A stretch of DNA of 64,000 nucleotides from Callorhinchus milii. Its lineage: Eukaryota. The DNA lies in contig NW_024704743.1 of NCBI RefSeq assembly GCF_018977255.1, positions 53,508,001 to 53,572,000 on the forward strand, in the 5' to 3' direction. Positions 50,676 to 64,000 of the stretch are shown piece after piece; positions within the stretch are counted from its first letter, which is position 1, and each line of letters opens with the position of its first letter. The notes beneath the pieces were generated by a model. It saw nothing but the letters and a program-made list of their open reading frames with translations, searched no databases and was not told the DNA's origin. Made by a program: the position numbers and the translations under genes.

Positions 50676-53600
50676 GAGTCCTGTAGCTCAGTGGTTAGAG
50701 CACTCTCCTCAAGTGAGAGACCTGGGTTCGATTCCCAGCAGGGCAAAACCTTGGGCAATTTTCTTTATTCCACTCGCCTAATAATAATCCCTCAAGAAAA
50801 AAATAATAAATCTTGTTCACTTCAGTCCACCACTGTTTGTGAGGCACTGCTGTGCACAATTGGCTGCTGAGTTATGCCCATAAAATATACAACAACAACA
50901 ACAAGATTCCATTTATTGAGCGCCTTTCACGTCGGGAGGACGTCCGAAGGCGCTGTACAGTTGGGTCATGACCCGAGCAGGGGGAAATGGTCAGGGTGAG
51001 GGGAGGGAAGGGAGGGAGCGAGGAGGGGGTAGAGAGTCGAGAGGGGAGCTGAAGGCACGGTCAAAGAGAAAGGTCTTGAGACCGGCCTTGAAGGAGGAAA
51101 GGGAGGAGGCGGCGAAGGCACTGGGGGATGGAGTTCCAGAGCCTCGGGGCTGAGAGGCTGAAGGCCCGGCCACCGATGGTAGGGCGGTTGGGGCGGGGGA
51201 TGTGGAGCAGACCGGAGCCAGAGGAACGGAGGGTACGGGCAGGTAGGTAGGGGGATAGTAGGTCGGAGAGGTAGGAGGGAGCAAGGCCGTGAATGGCCTT
51301 GTAGGTGAGGATGAGGATCTTGAATTCGATCCTCTGGGGGATGGGGAGCCAGTGGAGGCGAGCGAGGGTGGGAGTGATGTGGTCCGAAGCCTGGTGCGGG
51401 ACAGTACACGAGCTGCAGAGTTCTGAATGACCTGCAGCTTGTGGAGGGAGGTGGCGGGAAGGCCGGCGAGGAGAGAGTTCCCATAGTCCAGCCTTGAGGT
51501 GACAAAGGCGTGGACCAGAGTTTCAGCAGCGTGAGGGGTGAGGTAGTGCCGTAGTCTGGCGATGTTCCGGAGGTGATGGAAGGCGGTGCCAGTTGTGGCG
51601 CGGATATGAGGGAGAAAGGACAGCTCAGGGTCGAACAGAACCCGAGGTTCCTGACTGGCTTTGAGAGGTGGAGAGTGCAGCCTTGGATGCTGATGCTGTC
51701 AGCGCCTGAGGTGCGGAGGCGCTGACGTGAGCCAATCAGGAGGGCCTCAGTTTTGCGCACGTTGAGCTGAAGAAAGTTGTCTCTCGTCCAGGACTCGATG
51801 TCGGACAGGCAGCTGTCAGGACATCGGTGGTCGTGGAGTTGAGGGTAGAGGAGGAAAGGTAGAGTTGGGTGTCATCCGCATACATGTGGAAGTTAACCCC
51901 ATGTCTGCGGATGATGTCACCAAGGGGGAGCATATAGAGGGTGAAGAGGAGGGGACCGAGGACAGAGCCCTGAGGGACACCGCACGAGACAGTGCGGGGG
52001 GTGGAGGAAAAACCATTCGTGGAGACAAAGTGAAGACGGTGGGAGAGGTACGACCTAAACCACTCAAGGACAGGGCCTTGAAGGTTTAGGTGGGAGGACA
52101 AGCGGTGGAGGAGGATAGCGTGGTCGACCGTATCGAATGCTGCCGATAGGACGAGGAGGCAGAGGGAGCCCTGGTCACAGATGGTCAGGATATCATTGGT
52201 GACCTTGACCAGGGCAGTTTCTGTGCTATGGGCAGCACGGAAACCCGACTGAAGGGGTTCGAATAATGAATGGTTGGAGAGGAAAGAGCGCAGTTGGGAG
52301 GCGACAACTCGTTCCAGGACCTTGGACAGGAAGGGGAGGTTGGAGATGGGCCGGTAGCTTGATAGCTGCGACGCATCAAGGGAGGGTTTTTTTAAGGTGG
52401 GAGTGATGGTGGCAGTTTTTAAGGGAATGGGAACAGAGCCAGAGGAGAGGGACAGGTTGACGATGTCTGTGATATGTGGGGCAAGGAGGTGGAGCTGGGA
52501 GATAAGGAGTGGAGTGGGGATGGGGTCAAGGGAGCAGGTGGTGGGTTTCAGGGATAGGATGAGTTTGGTGACAGAGGGTGGGGAAACGGGTACGAAAGTG
52601 TGTAGGGGAGGATGGGTAGGAGTCGGAGTGTGGGAGGGAGGGGGTGGGGTGTGGGTGGATGTTGGAGGGGAAGTGACCGCGGAGCGAATTCCCTTGATTT
52701 TGGATTCAAGGAAATCCAGCATCTCCTCGCAGTGAAGGTTGGAGGAGATGACCTGCGCGGGGTGGCGGGGGGACGGAGGAGTTGGGATGTGGTAGAGAAC
52801 AGTAGCCTGGGGTTGTTCTTCGCCTCCAGGATTATCCTGGAGTAGAAGGACGATTTGGCCGAGGCTAGAGTGGAGCGGTAGATTTTGAGGAGGTCCAGCC
52901 AGATTTGTCGGTGGACCGTTAGGCCAGATTTGACCAGGTGCGTTCAGCGGCCCGCACCTGGCTCTTCAGTGAGCGGAGGTGGGTGGTGAACCAGGGGGAG
53001 GAGCGAGAGTAGGAGACAGTACGGGAGGTGATGGGGGCAAGAGTGTCAAGTGTGGAGGAGAGGGTGTTGTGGAGGAGGGTGAGAGCAGAAGAGGGGTCAG
53101 TGAGGGTTGAAGGCCAGAGGGAGAGGAGTTCAGAGGACTCCAAGGCAGCGGTTAGGGATTGGGGGGTAACTTCTTCCAGGGCGGTAGAAGATGGTGGTGG
53201 GTCTGGTGGAGGTGGGGAGGGGGGTGGAGGTGGTGAAGGAGATGAAGTGGTGGTCGGATACGGCCTTGTCGGTGATAGTGACATCCGAGACACTGAGGCC
53301 CCGGGTGATCACCAAGTCGAGTGGGTGCCCGTGAGTGGGGGAGTTGATGTGGAGGGAGAGGTTGAGCGAGGAGAGCAGGGAAGAGAAATCTGAGGAGATG
53401 GAGCAGGAGGGGGTGAAGTGCAGGTTAAAGTCGCCCAGGATGATGAGGCGATCAGAGCAGAGGCAGAGAGATGTGAGAAGTGTTGAGATATCAGAGATAA
53501 AGGTGGGAGAGGTTTTAGGGGGCCGGTAGAGGAGGAGGATTTTAAGTGAGAGGAAGAAGGGGTGGGAGAGGGTGAGGTGCTCAAAAGAGGGGAAAGAGCC

Positions 53601-54635
53601 AGAGGAGTAGGGGGATAGGGCAAGTGGTGTCCTTGAGATAAGGGCAACACCACCGCCACGGCGGTTGGGGCGGGGGATGTGGTGGGAGGTGTAGCCGGGT
53701 GGTGTGGCCTCCGTGAGGGGGAAGGTGTCGCCTGGGGTGAGCCAGGTTTCCGTTAAGGCCATGATGTCAACTCTCATCAAGGATGAGATCGTTGATGACC
53801 AGGGCCTTGTTACAGAGGGAGCGGACATTTTGTAGTCCGATGTGGATGGAGCGGTTGACAGAAGGGTGTGTGGGAGGGAGGGGGGGTCCAGGTTGTGAGG
53901 CAGGGGTGGGGGAATGGGGATGAGGGAGGAGAGGTTGACTCCCCGGGTCTGTGTCCGGGGTGGCTGGCGAGTGTGGTGGGGAATGGGGCAGTCGGTGTGG
54001 CTGCTGCTGGACAGCCAACGCCGAGTGCCACGGTGAGCCCGGCGGAGGATTCCCAGGCTGGAGCAGAGGGAGGTTGTGGGAGGGTCAAGTGGGGATAGAA
54101 GGCGAGAGGGACGGAGAGAGAGGAGGAGAGAGCGGGAGATGCAGAGGGGGGAGGGTTTGGGGGTAGAGAGGAGGGAGGGAGGGAGGGGGTGAGGGGGTGA
54201 GGGTCATAGCGGCAGCCATATTGCGCACGCGGGGACCAGGAGCGAGCGGTCAGGTGGATGGACACATTATCCCATGGGCTGGGGCAGCCAACCTAACAGG
54301 ACCATGGTGGGCTCTGATGTGAGCCCTGGGGGCGGGGGGGGGCGCAGAGGATTTTTTTTTTTTGCGCGCGCACACTTCTGAAAACTACAACTATGACGTC
54401 AGCGGTTCCCCCGCTCCGCCCCCACCTGTTCCCTCCTCAACAGCCCTGTGCTGCACTCCCTGCCGCATCGAGCTTAAATACCTGAGAGGTAGGACCAGGC
54501 ACCTCCCCGCGCTGTCCTGGCGCCGCTCCCTGTCTCCCTGTACAGTCAATTAACTTTACAGTGTATTCTGTGAAGCGCTTTGAGATGTCTAGAAGATGTG
54601 AAAAGCACTATACCAAATGCAAGGATTATTATTAT
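50676..54635 (+). mobile_element. tRNA-head SINE split by the L2 insertion (50676-50891 and 54541-54635)
   Basis: Head gagtcctgtagctcagtggttagagc; the body resumes exactly at tacagtcaatt after the LINE. Confidence 0.9.
50892..54540 (-). mobile_element. L2-clade LINE, ~3.65 kb, with a frameshifted endonuclease + reverse transcriptase ORF2
   Basis: APE motifs (QNVRSL, ALTETWL, LGDFNLH, LDLVIT, SDH) and RT motifs ([30 protein letters not shown]); (ttg)n tail; taca duplicated at 50888-50891 and 54541-54544. Confidence 0.95.
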
Positions 54636-57600
54636 AGAATTTAATTATAGATTAATTCAAAGTTCTTGTAGTTTGTAAATTATATCTTGTAAGGCAATAA
54701 ATATAACAATTTGTATTTTGAAAAATGTATTTAGTTTATTGGATCTCTGCCATCTTTGACCTGAATATTTGCTTGCTGCATAAGTTATTAAACAAAATAC
54801 TAAATCCGTAGAGGACTGCTTGAAGTTTCAGTAAAGATGTGATTAGTCCTGTATTTTGTTACAAATTTACCAGCATTTTTCAATTACTACTTTTGATCGA
54901 TTGGGAGACAATTGGAAAGAAATGCCACATTACCTGATTGCCACCTTGGGAAAAACAATTTGAGCGATGGAAATGACACGATGATTCTCATTGTAGCCGT
55001 TATCCAAAATTGATTGCAAAAGATTACTTTATATGTACAAAATTAATTATGGTGCATTTAGAATAGTTTTGAATCAGTAAAAGCTGTTCTTGAATTATTA
55101 AAAGCCTTATTGATATTATTCCATTCAAACAATCTATCTCTGGGATTTCCATGTGTAGGTGGGATGCAAGGATATCTCAGCTGGTTTTCTATACTTGTAA
55201 GCATGGTGATGGGTTTCTGCATGTATCAGACACCTGGCTGACCAAAAAAAAGTATTTGGGATCTGCAGGCTTGGGTGTTTGTTGAACACATCTTAATTGA
55301 TTGATTACCTGCAAATCATTTCAACGGAATGCTTGTTGACATTAATGCTGTTATGAAAGATTTTCAGATATCGAGGGGAGGGGTGAATGTCCAAACTATT
55401 TAGACATGAAAAGATGGAGGAAACAAAAATAGAAGTCGCTGGGAACACTCAGCAGGTCAGGCAGCATCTATGGAGAAAGGAAAGTGAGTCAATGTTTCAG
55501 GTCCACGACCCTTCGTCAGCACTGGGACATGTTGGGAGGGAGAGGCTTTTAGGACTAACAGACAGAGGCAAGGAAGACAAAGGAGAAAAAGAGGACAGGG
55601 GATGATGGATTAAGGAGGTGTTAATGATACAGAACAAAGGGGGAGGGATTGCAACAAAACGGGGAAAGAGGCGCTAATAAAGGGGGGAAATAGAAGAGGA
55701 AAAGGTGTCGGTTCAAACTTCTACTTCAATGGATGACAACTGCCACAATGATTGAGCCATTGAGAGGTTTGTATATTGGGGTGTTGGATGGTCTAAAATA
55801 TGGTGTCTCTTTTTAAAAGAATTAGTGAGGGTTTGAACAATTGGCTGGAGAGTCAAAACAAAAGGGAACAACCCAAAAAATACAGTATTTATTGCTTGTG
55901 AGCTCATTGATATGTTTGTGTGTAAACTATATGGTATATAAAACCTAATTCTGTTATAATAATCCTTGTATTTAATATTGTGCCTTATGTCATCAAGATG
56001 TCTCAAAATGCTTCACAGGCTTGAATCCACAGCATTGACTCCTGAGGCGAGAGTGCTTCCAACTGAGCCAAGCTGCCACGTGCATATTAAATGCAAGGAT
56101 TATTATAATTGTATTGATTAAAAAGAACGTTCTACAAAATTAAATTGTGGTCTCAACATACACTATATGTCTTTACAGAAAAGAACCAGAGATTTTTTAA
56201 AATTACAAGGTCAATTCTAGTGGTTGTGTCTCATGCTATGCTCATGTTAATTTCTTAAATGCTGCATGGTAAAATATTGTTCAAAAGGTTTTTTNAAGTG
56301 GAAATTATGGTGTTTACAAACGTAAGCTAATATTTCAATGTATGAAAACATTTTTAAATTGATTTAATATTGTAGCGTTTACAAGTAATCAAATTACAGA
56401 AACGTGTGCACGTTGGATATTGATGCCATGTTATTGTATTTTGATATATGATGATCATCTGATCCAGGTTCCTTTTTTATTGGTTACTTTACATGCTTCA
56501 TCTTGTATCGAATTGTCATTATCAACAGCAATAACTGATTAATGGGTAAATGAAGCACAGGGAAGAGTACAAAACAGTCATTGATATACCAGGAAATTCT
56601 GGAAATACTTAGCAGATCATTCAGCAGTAGAAAGTTAGGATATATCAGATTTTTTAAATTAATTTTTTTATTTTGTCAGCTGAATGTCTGACATGTGCAG
56701 GAAACCCATCACCACCCTCAGGAATATCCATATGTGAATGGTTTAAGATATGGTGTCTTTTTTTAAAAGAATTAGTGAGGATTTGAACAATTGCCTGGAG
56801 AGTCAAAACAAAAGGGAACAACCTACAAATTACAATATTTATTGCTCAGGAATATCCAAACCAGACTGAAGTTTCCACATGTGTATTTTCACACCCCAGG
56901 CCGCCAAAACTTCATACATGCCTTCATTACATCAAGGCTCAACTATGCAAACTCACTGCTTTTCGGCCTCCGCAACTCATCCCTCCACAGGCTGCAGATC
57001 ATCCAGAACGCTGCAGCCCATGTCCACCATTAGCGGGTGGGCCTTCCACCACTCTGCACCCACTTCTGGAACTCCATTCCACAGTCCGTCCGTCTCGGCC
57101 CCTCCCTCGCCACCTTCAAGACCCTTCTCTTCCACCGTGCTTTCGATCCCCCTGTTGCACACCCCCCGCACCCTGCCCTCTCCCCAACCCCTCCCCCGAG
57201 CCCCAGGCTTGGGTCCATAACTCTTAGCCCCTTGGGATGCCCTCCCGACGTGAAAGGCGCTATACAAATGTAATTTTGTTGTTGTGTATACTACCTACAT
57301 ATGGCTAATTTTCTGTGTCTGGAATGCACCCTCCATGAAGGGATGATTAATTACGGAGAGTATTGGGTGTAGCTTGGCGTGAACCAAGCTTGCGGACTCC
57401 AGATGTGCATTGGGGTACTACCGGAGTTTAACTAGCTAAAACTACTTTGCTTGCCATTGATAGCTCAGTCTGGCAAGCTTCCTGTTGCTTGTCCATGTTG
57501 GATCACCCTACTCATGACTTTGTCTTGCAGAGTTAATAGGACATTAATAGGAAAAATCCTGATTCTCAGTGATTGGTCTGCCAGTATTTATTGTTAGAGC

Positions 57601-60600
57601 TAGAAGATATTAGTTTGATTAATGTAAATTTTTTTNCAATATAATTTGTACACTTCATCAAACTATGGAATGAAATCCACTTTTTTGATAAGGATAGTAA
57701 ATATTGATCTTAGAGTCTGTGGGCAGGATTATTTTTCTGTCGATTTATTGAATAAGTACAGCACATGCCGCAACTAACTTTCTAGCCATCATGGGTAATG
57801 TTCTTCAAATCATTACTATATAAGGAATTTTTTACTTTGAAGAATATTTAATACTTTATTTCTCAAAAAGGAAAGCAGCTTGGGTAAAAATACTTGCTGT
57901 ATAGCTGCACTACTTGCAATTAAAATGCTGAGTATATTGTGATTTGTTGGTAACCCTATCTTGCAGATTTTCCCCAAATTTGGTGGGTATTAAACTATTC
58001 ACAAACTATAACATCATGTTCTTTCTGGATAGTGGTTGCTCATTTAAAAAAAAATGTTTCTCATCACCAGGCAAAGAGTCAAGCACAAGTTCCAAAATAA
58101 ATACTCTTGACAACAAATGCTGATGGTAGAGGGCACATTCCTATATATCTCTTCATTACATGAAAACATTTCCAAACTTACTTATGTGTTTTACATTGCC
58201 TAGCTTTTCATCAAACTGGACACAATTGGCTACCTCCTTGGGATTTTTCCACCCCCAACTCGGATACCCATCCAGCGCTGTGAAGCACTTTGGGACATTC
58301 TCCTGACATGAAAGGCACTATAGATATGTAAATTGTATTATATTCTCCATTAAATCCACACAAAGAAAATTCTGGGGTCTCTCCCTATACAATTTGGCAA
58401 GTATTTCATTAAAACAGAGATGGATGGGAAATCTGTCTCATAGTTATGATCTGAAATTGAATGATCAGCATGTATTAAAGCTTTCACACAAGAATAAGAT
58501 AAACATTCCAATCAAGTTAAAGAAATCATTTAGGACTCAGTTAGTCCAATATGCGTGTGCACAGCAAACAATAGTAAAAATAATTCTTGCATTTGATATA
58601 GCATTTTATCACATCTTTAAGACGTCTCAAAGCGCTTCACAGAAGCGAAACACAACAGCTAACTATGCATAGCAGTGTCGTGGATTGAGTGATCAAATTA
58701 TTATTTTTGAAGGGATTATTACCCTTGGAAAAGTGATCTGCCAATCAGCTAACAATCGGGTTTCTACTTATTGCTAGGTAAACAGTGTGTGGAGTAAGTT
58801 AACTTGCCCAATGTTTTGCAATGCCTGGGAATCAAACCCAGGTTCTCTCGCTTGCGAGGAGACTGCCCTAAACACTAAGCTACAGGACTCCAAATATCCA
58901 ATGCAAACACAAGCTACCAGATTTACCAGCAGAACACTGTCAGACAGGCCCATGTAATTCAAATTGATAAAGCAGTGAAATGTGAATAAATAATTGTGAA
59001 TAAATAAATAATGAATTGTATTTTTGCCCTATCGCATTGTTACATTGTCAAAACGTCTCAAAGGGCTTCACAGGATTTTTTTCTATGACATGTAATAACT
59101 GTGTATATATACAATATAGGGAAACTTATACAGAGTAATTGTCCACAGATCATTATGTAGTGAATTGCCCATTTTTAACTGGAGTATTGTTGGTCAAGAC
59201 ACTGAGACAAACGCCTTTCTATAAACATCAGATGCTACTGTACCAAGATTTAGTGCATCTGTGAAATGGATGCAGATTGACGGAGGAACATTTTGTTTCT
59301 TTGGGGATTTTTAAAAAAAACATAATAGTTTGACATTCATCCTTTTATTTTGAATTAAATTGAGTGACCTGCTCAGTGTTCCTAGCGATTTATGTTTTTA
59401 TTTCAGATTTCCAGCACCTGCAGTATTTTCTTTTATTTTGAATGTTTGATTTACTGACTTGGATGTATTACTGAATGTGGCTAATGTGAGGGAGCTGAAT
59501 TAGAATACACAGTTGGTGCTGAATCATTCCTGAGTTTATGACTATTTCTGCTATTGTTTAATTCAGCTGCTTCAGTCTTGTCAATAATTCTCTTCATTCA
59601 GTTTGCCGATGATGATAGCTTGCAGTCACTGTTTAAACAATATATTTAAAATCATTATTAGTAACAGTGAAGGTCGAGGCAGTTGTTGAGCACTGGCCCA
59701 CTTAACTTACCCATCCAATTTTGTAAAAGATTTCTTCCTTTAGCACATCTATCTCATCTAATAACTTAAGTCCTTTTAATCTCCTAGAACTTGATTAATT
59801 TAGTTTTGAAACTTTTTCTAGCTCCTTGTTCCGGTACCTGTGCTGCCAGAGTATCCACATCATTTTATTAAATGTAATGCTCTTACACTTCCTATTGCTT
59901 TTGTTATCTTTATTTGAAGATATTACCCCATGTTTTCGAATTTTAGACATGGCAGAAAAAATCTGTATTTAAGTTTTCCAAACACATCCTAATTTTAACT
60001 GCTTCTATTATGTTCTCCATCCCTCTTTTCTTTTCAAATGAGAAAAGACCTAGGGTGACTAACCTGTCCTCATACTTCTCACCCCTAATTTCTGGAATTG
60101 ATCTCGTAACCATTGGAATTCTTTTAACTGATTTATTTTTTGCAATGGGGATACCAAAACCAAATGCAGTAGTCAAGATTTGGTCTTATTGATATGATTT
60201 GTAATTCTTTCTCAAGGTGATTTTGATTTATCATTCTTTGATTTTTTTAAGTGGGGTTTAATGGTTACATTTTTCCTTCTTGTATAATCACATGCATCAG
60301 GTATTCAACTACAGGGGCCTGTTTTAAAGTAGCTTCAAATGTTTTATCCAGGCAGAATTCAAATTGTTATATCTTCTATTACAATGAAACATCTCAAAGC
60401 ACTGTATAATTATTTATGCATGCAGTGGTTCCAAGGTCAGTATCAAGCCAACCCTCTGTGGCGGTCTTGGTAATCCAGTTCCTGAACCAGGCTGATCCAC
60501 AGTACTCTAGGGCACTGCTGATGATAGCCCAGCCAGGCTAAGTCATCAGTAGGACCATGAAAGGGCAGACCAGTCACTGGGGGCAGTGATTCTTCCCACT

Positions 60601-61756
60601 CAGCACATGTTAACCCTGCTAGCCAAAGCCCGAGAGATTAGGGTGGTCCGAGCTGGACCAGCAGCAGGAAAGTTTGCCAGATTGTGCTTTCATTGACATG
60701 CAGTTTTTAGCTGGTTGGACTCCAGAAATACCCCCAACGTACACTCTGGGATCCCCAAACCTTGGCTCTTCCCAACCTGTGTATAATATATTCCTGAATT
60801 AAGTAAGATTGACCATCTAGGGAGAGTGTGCATTTCATTACAATTAATATTCCTGGAATTTCCACATATTGCAGGGAACTCTGCTTTGGTTCAGATACTT
60901 TGAAGGAAGGGTTGGGTTTCCGCATGTGTCAGACACACTATTGACCCAAAACAATGCATGACGTGACCTTTTTATAGGCAAACAGCCATTTACAATTATT
61001 GCTAACACCTCAGGAACTGAACTGTCTATAAATGTATGACCTTGATATAGGAACAAATTTGCTGGTAATAAATTGACAAGCTGGATAGGGACAATGTTTC
61101 CTCCTAGTAAAAAAGTTCAAAACATGGGGACATCATTTTAAAATTAGAGGTTAGATTAGAGCTAAAATGGTTAGAAGTAAAATCAAAAAAACATTTATTT
61201 ACATGGAAGATTGTGAGAATATTATTGCATTACATCAACAACTTGCATTTATATAGCACCTTCCATGCCGGGCGGCCTCTTAGAGCGCTTACCTCTGCAT
61301 TACCCCAAAAGCAGTAGATGGGTAATGGATTATGATGTTTAAAATTGAGATAAATTAGGAATTAAGGGCATCAATGGATCTGGGGGAAAAAAATGGAATT
61401 AAAAGATCAATCTAATAAAAAGGTGGAACATGCTTGATGGGTCAAATAGCTCAAACTATAGTAATCCCTTTTCAAATACATATTGTTTTGGCTTTAAGTA
61501 ATATTGTTTAATTTGATTGATCTCATGTATAATCTTTAAATTGCATATTCTAATATCTTAGTAACTAAGATCCTATTATCTTCCGAGTTTTATTTTAGAG
61601 CACCTCTAACTCAGCTAGTCTTGGAATTTTAATACCAAAATCAATTGAAATCACATAGCTGTTTGTGTAAAAGAATAAATTATGAATAATCCTTTTTAAG
61701 GTAAGGCAGTATGACATCTAATTAGCCTTACTTTCCTGTAGAATATTAGTAATGTA

Positions 61757-62138
61757 TAATAATAATAATCCTTGCATTTGATATAGCGCCTTATCACATC
61801 TTCAAGACGTCTCAAAATGCTTCACAGAATATACTGTAAAGTGAATTGACTGTATATTTTGTGGGCGAAACGCAGCTGCCAATTGCACACAGTAATATCC
61901 CACAAACAATCGTGGATTGAGTAACCAAATTATTATTATTTTGGTTCTTTTGAAGAGGTTGTTACTCCCGGGAAAGCGATCCGCCAATCGACTAACATCC
62001 GGGTTCCTACATACTGCCAGGTGAACAGAGGCGTGTGGAGTAAGGAAACTTACCCAATGTTTCACCCTGCCCGGGAATTAAACCCAGGTCCACTCGCTTG
62101 CCAGACAAGTCCTCCAACCACTGAGCTACAGGACTCCA
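61757..62138 (-). mobile_element. Full-length tRNA-head SINE (other copies at ~9985-10400, 46936-47115, 49985-50150, 58578-58891)
   Basis: Complete reverse-complement family sequence from (aat)n tail to gagctacaggactcc head. Confidence 0.9.
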
Positions 62139-64000
62139 CAAATGCGGCCATGATTTAAAAAATTATTTGGGTATACTTCTGCGTAGTTTAGAAATGCAAA
62201 TATTCTCAGTCAACTTTGCATCAATAATAAAAAGTTGTTACACAATCTGTTGTTGAATCACATTCTTTTGTTCTACATGTTTTGTGCGATTATTCAATTC
62301 TATTTGATCAAGTAGCAGGCACTCTGGAGCATGCACTCTGGAGTATTTAAATGAATAAATATACAGCATTCAGTGGTTGATTAATTTATCAGTCTATCCC
62401 CAGTGTGTGGACCTTAAAGCAAGGAGTACAATTAATTAGTGCCTTTGTTCCTGCCATTTCTGGCTATTATTGAGTTAGAGATTAACAATTCAGTTTCTTT
62501 ATGACCATGTCAATGTCTTGGATTTAGTATATAGTATGTAAACCTAGAAATGGTGTGCTTGATTATGGCACACTATATAGTTAGAATTTAAGTAGGTGAA
62601 TATGAATTATTTTGATGCATTTTGATTAAACATTGGGTTACTTCACACCTCTCCTAGACATTACCTTACTCGAAGGGCGGTATATAAATGCAAGTTGTTG
62701 TACTTAACCACTATTCATCACCACCAGCTTTCTTTGGTCTGAATAGTTTTTATTTTGCAAGATAATATTAAACATTCAATATTTAGAAGCCTTGGTCACA
62801 GATGTTCGTCAGATGTATTCTTAAAACTGAGGTGCCCACTGAATAATTTAATGGAATAATTTATCATCATTGAATTATTTCTGAGTTACCATATTCAGAA
62901 CATTTTGACCTCGCTCCCTTTAGTCCGTTACTAATCCACATCCATGGCATCCAATGGCATCTGTTGTAGAGAAATTTCTCATGCTTGACAAAGCCATTTT
63001 GTAAGATTAGGTACATTTTGTCCCATGATTTCTTGATTGGGATGTTACTTCCTCAAAATAAGTTGGAGGTTGATCAGTTCAGATTTATCCCCTTCCAGAT
63101 GAAACTCCATATGTCGACAAGACATGCTCCCCTGCTCAGCACCTAACCTCAGATGCTGACAGCGTCCATCTGTGTGGATGCACACTCCATCTTGTGGAAA
63201 CGTTGTGGAACTTCGGAGTCTTGCTGGACTCCCAAATGTTCTTTAATTCCCACATCCGTACTCTGACCTGCTCAGCTTTCTGCCACTCCAAAACATTGTC
63301 CATCTTCACTACTATCTCTCCCGTCGAGCTGCCGAGACCCACAGGCATGCATTTATCATGTCCAGCTTGACTAAGCCGATACTCTGCTCACTGGACTCTC
63401 CAGATCTTCCCTACACGAACTGCGGACTATCTGGAATTCTGCACCGTGTGTCCTCTCCTACTCCAAGAGCCTATCAATTGTATCCTAGCTTGGCTTCATT
63501 GGCTCACCATACTCAGCAGATCGAGTTCAAGATTCTCTGTTCTCTCCACAATTTAACTCCCTCCACAGTCTTATCCTATCCTACCTCTGCGACCTCCTCA
63601 AGCTCCATTTACCCCTGTGCTGCCTTCGCTCAGCCCGCTTCATGTCCCAAGCCCTATTTGCCCACCATCAGTCTCTTGTCACCTTTCTTGAACATTGGAA
63701 CCATATTTACTTTTTCCCAGTCTGAGATCCCCAAAGGTTTGGCCATTTTCAATGGTTTAACAGGTCTGTTGTGCATTTCGAAACATCTTATACTAGATAC
63801 GCTAAAATACCTTCTGCTAGAAAGGAAAAAAACAGAATTCTGACTTCTGATTGATATCCAGAGACCTCTGCTGCAAACTGAATGTGTGTGGGTGTTTGAT
63901 GAGGATAGGATCAGGCTAAACAATGATGCCCCATGGTTTCAATAGTCTTTCAGTGATTACTGTTTCACTTCTCTCATGAAAAATTGCCATTTGTGCAAGT

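Noticed and set aside
50676..50745. tRNA-like sequence with A and B boxes (also ~4430, 6358, 62060-62138)
   Set aside because: SINE heads that continue into the SINE body; no complete cloverleaf

Overview
Eukaryotic (vertebrate) genomic DNA, not prokaryotic; most ORF-track entries are spurious. The repeat landscape (tRNA-head SINEs with L2-type tails, Deu-domain SINEs, L2 and CR1 LINEs, Penelope-like fragments) suggests a cartilaginous fish such as a chimaera (inference only). Two protein-coding genes could be built from splice signals. (1) KLHL7 on the minus strand: nine coding exons (8049 down to 222), continuing off the left edge. (2) A divergently oriented, uncharacterised 4-exon gene on the plus strand (14476-21282, 235 aa) with an N-terminal CCCCCRRR motif and a perfect CRE upstream. 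A CpG-rich promoter-like block at 36099-36541 may belong to a third gene (HYCC1/FAM126A by synteny, unproven), but no coding exon for it was found. Structural features: a ~6.1 kb near-identical duplication across a 25-N gap whose copies carry mutually exclusive inserts, an 869-bp-period tandem duplication, a ~1.7 kb decayed inverted repeat with a perfect 40-bp core, three tandem arrays, a 3.65 kb L2 LINE nested in a SINE, several MITEs and a hammerhead-like motif in a Penelope-like fragment. Exon coordinates were read base by base; transposon boundaries are approximate unless stated.
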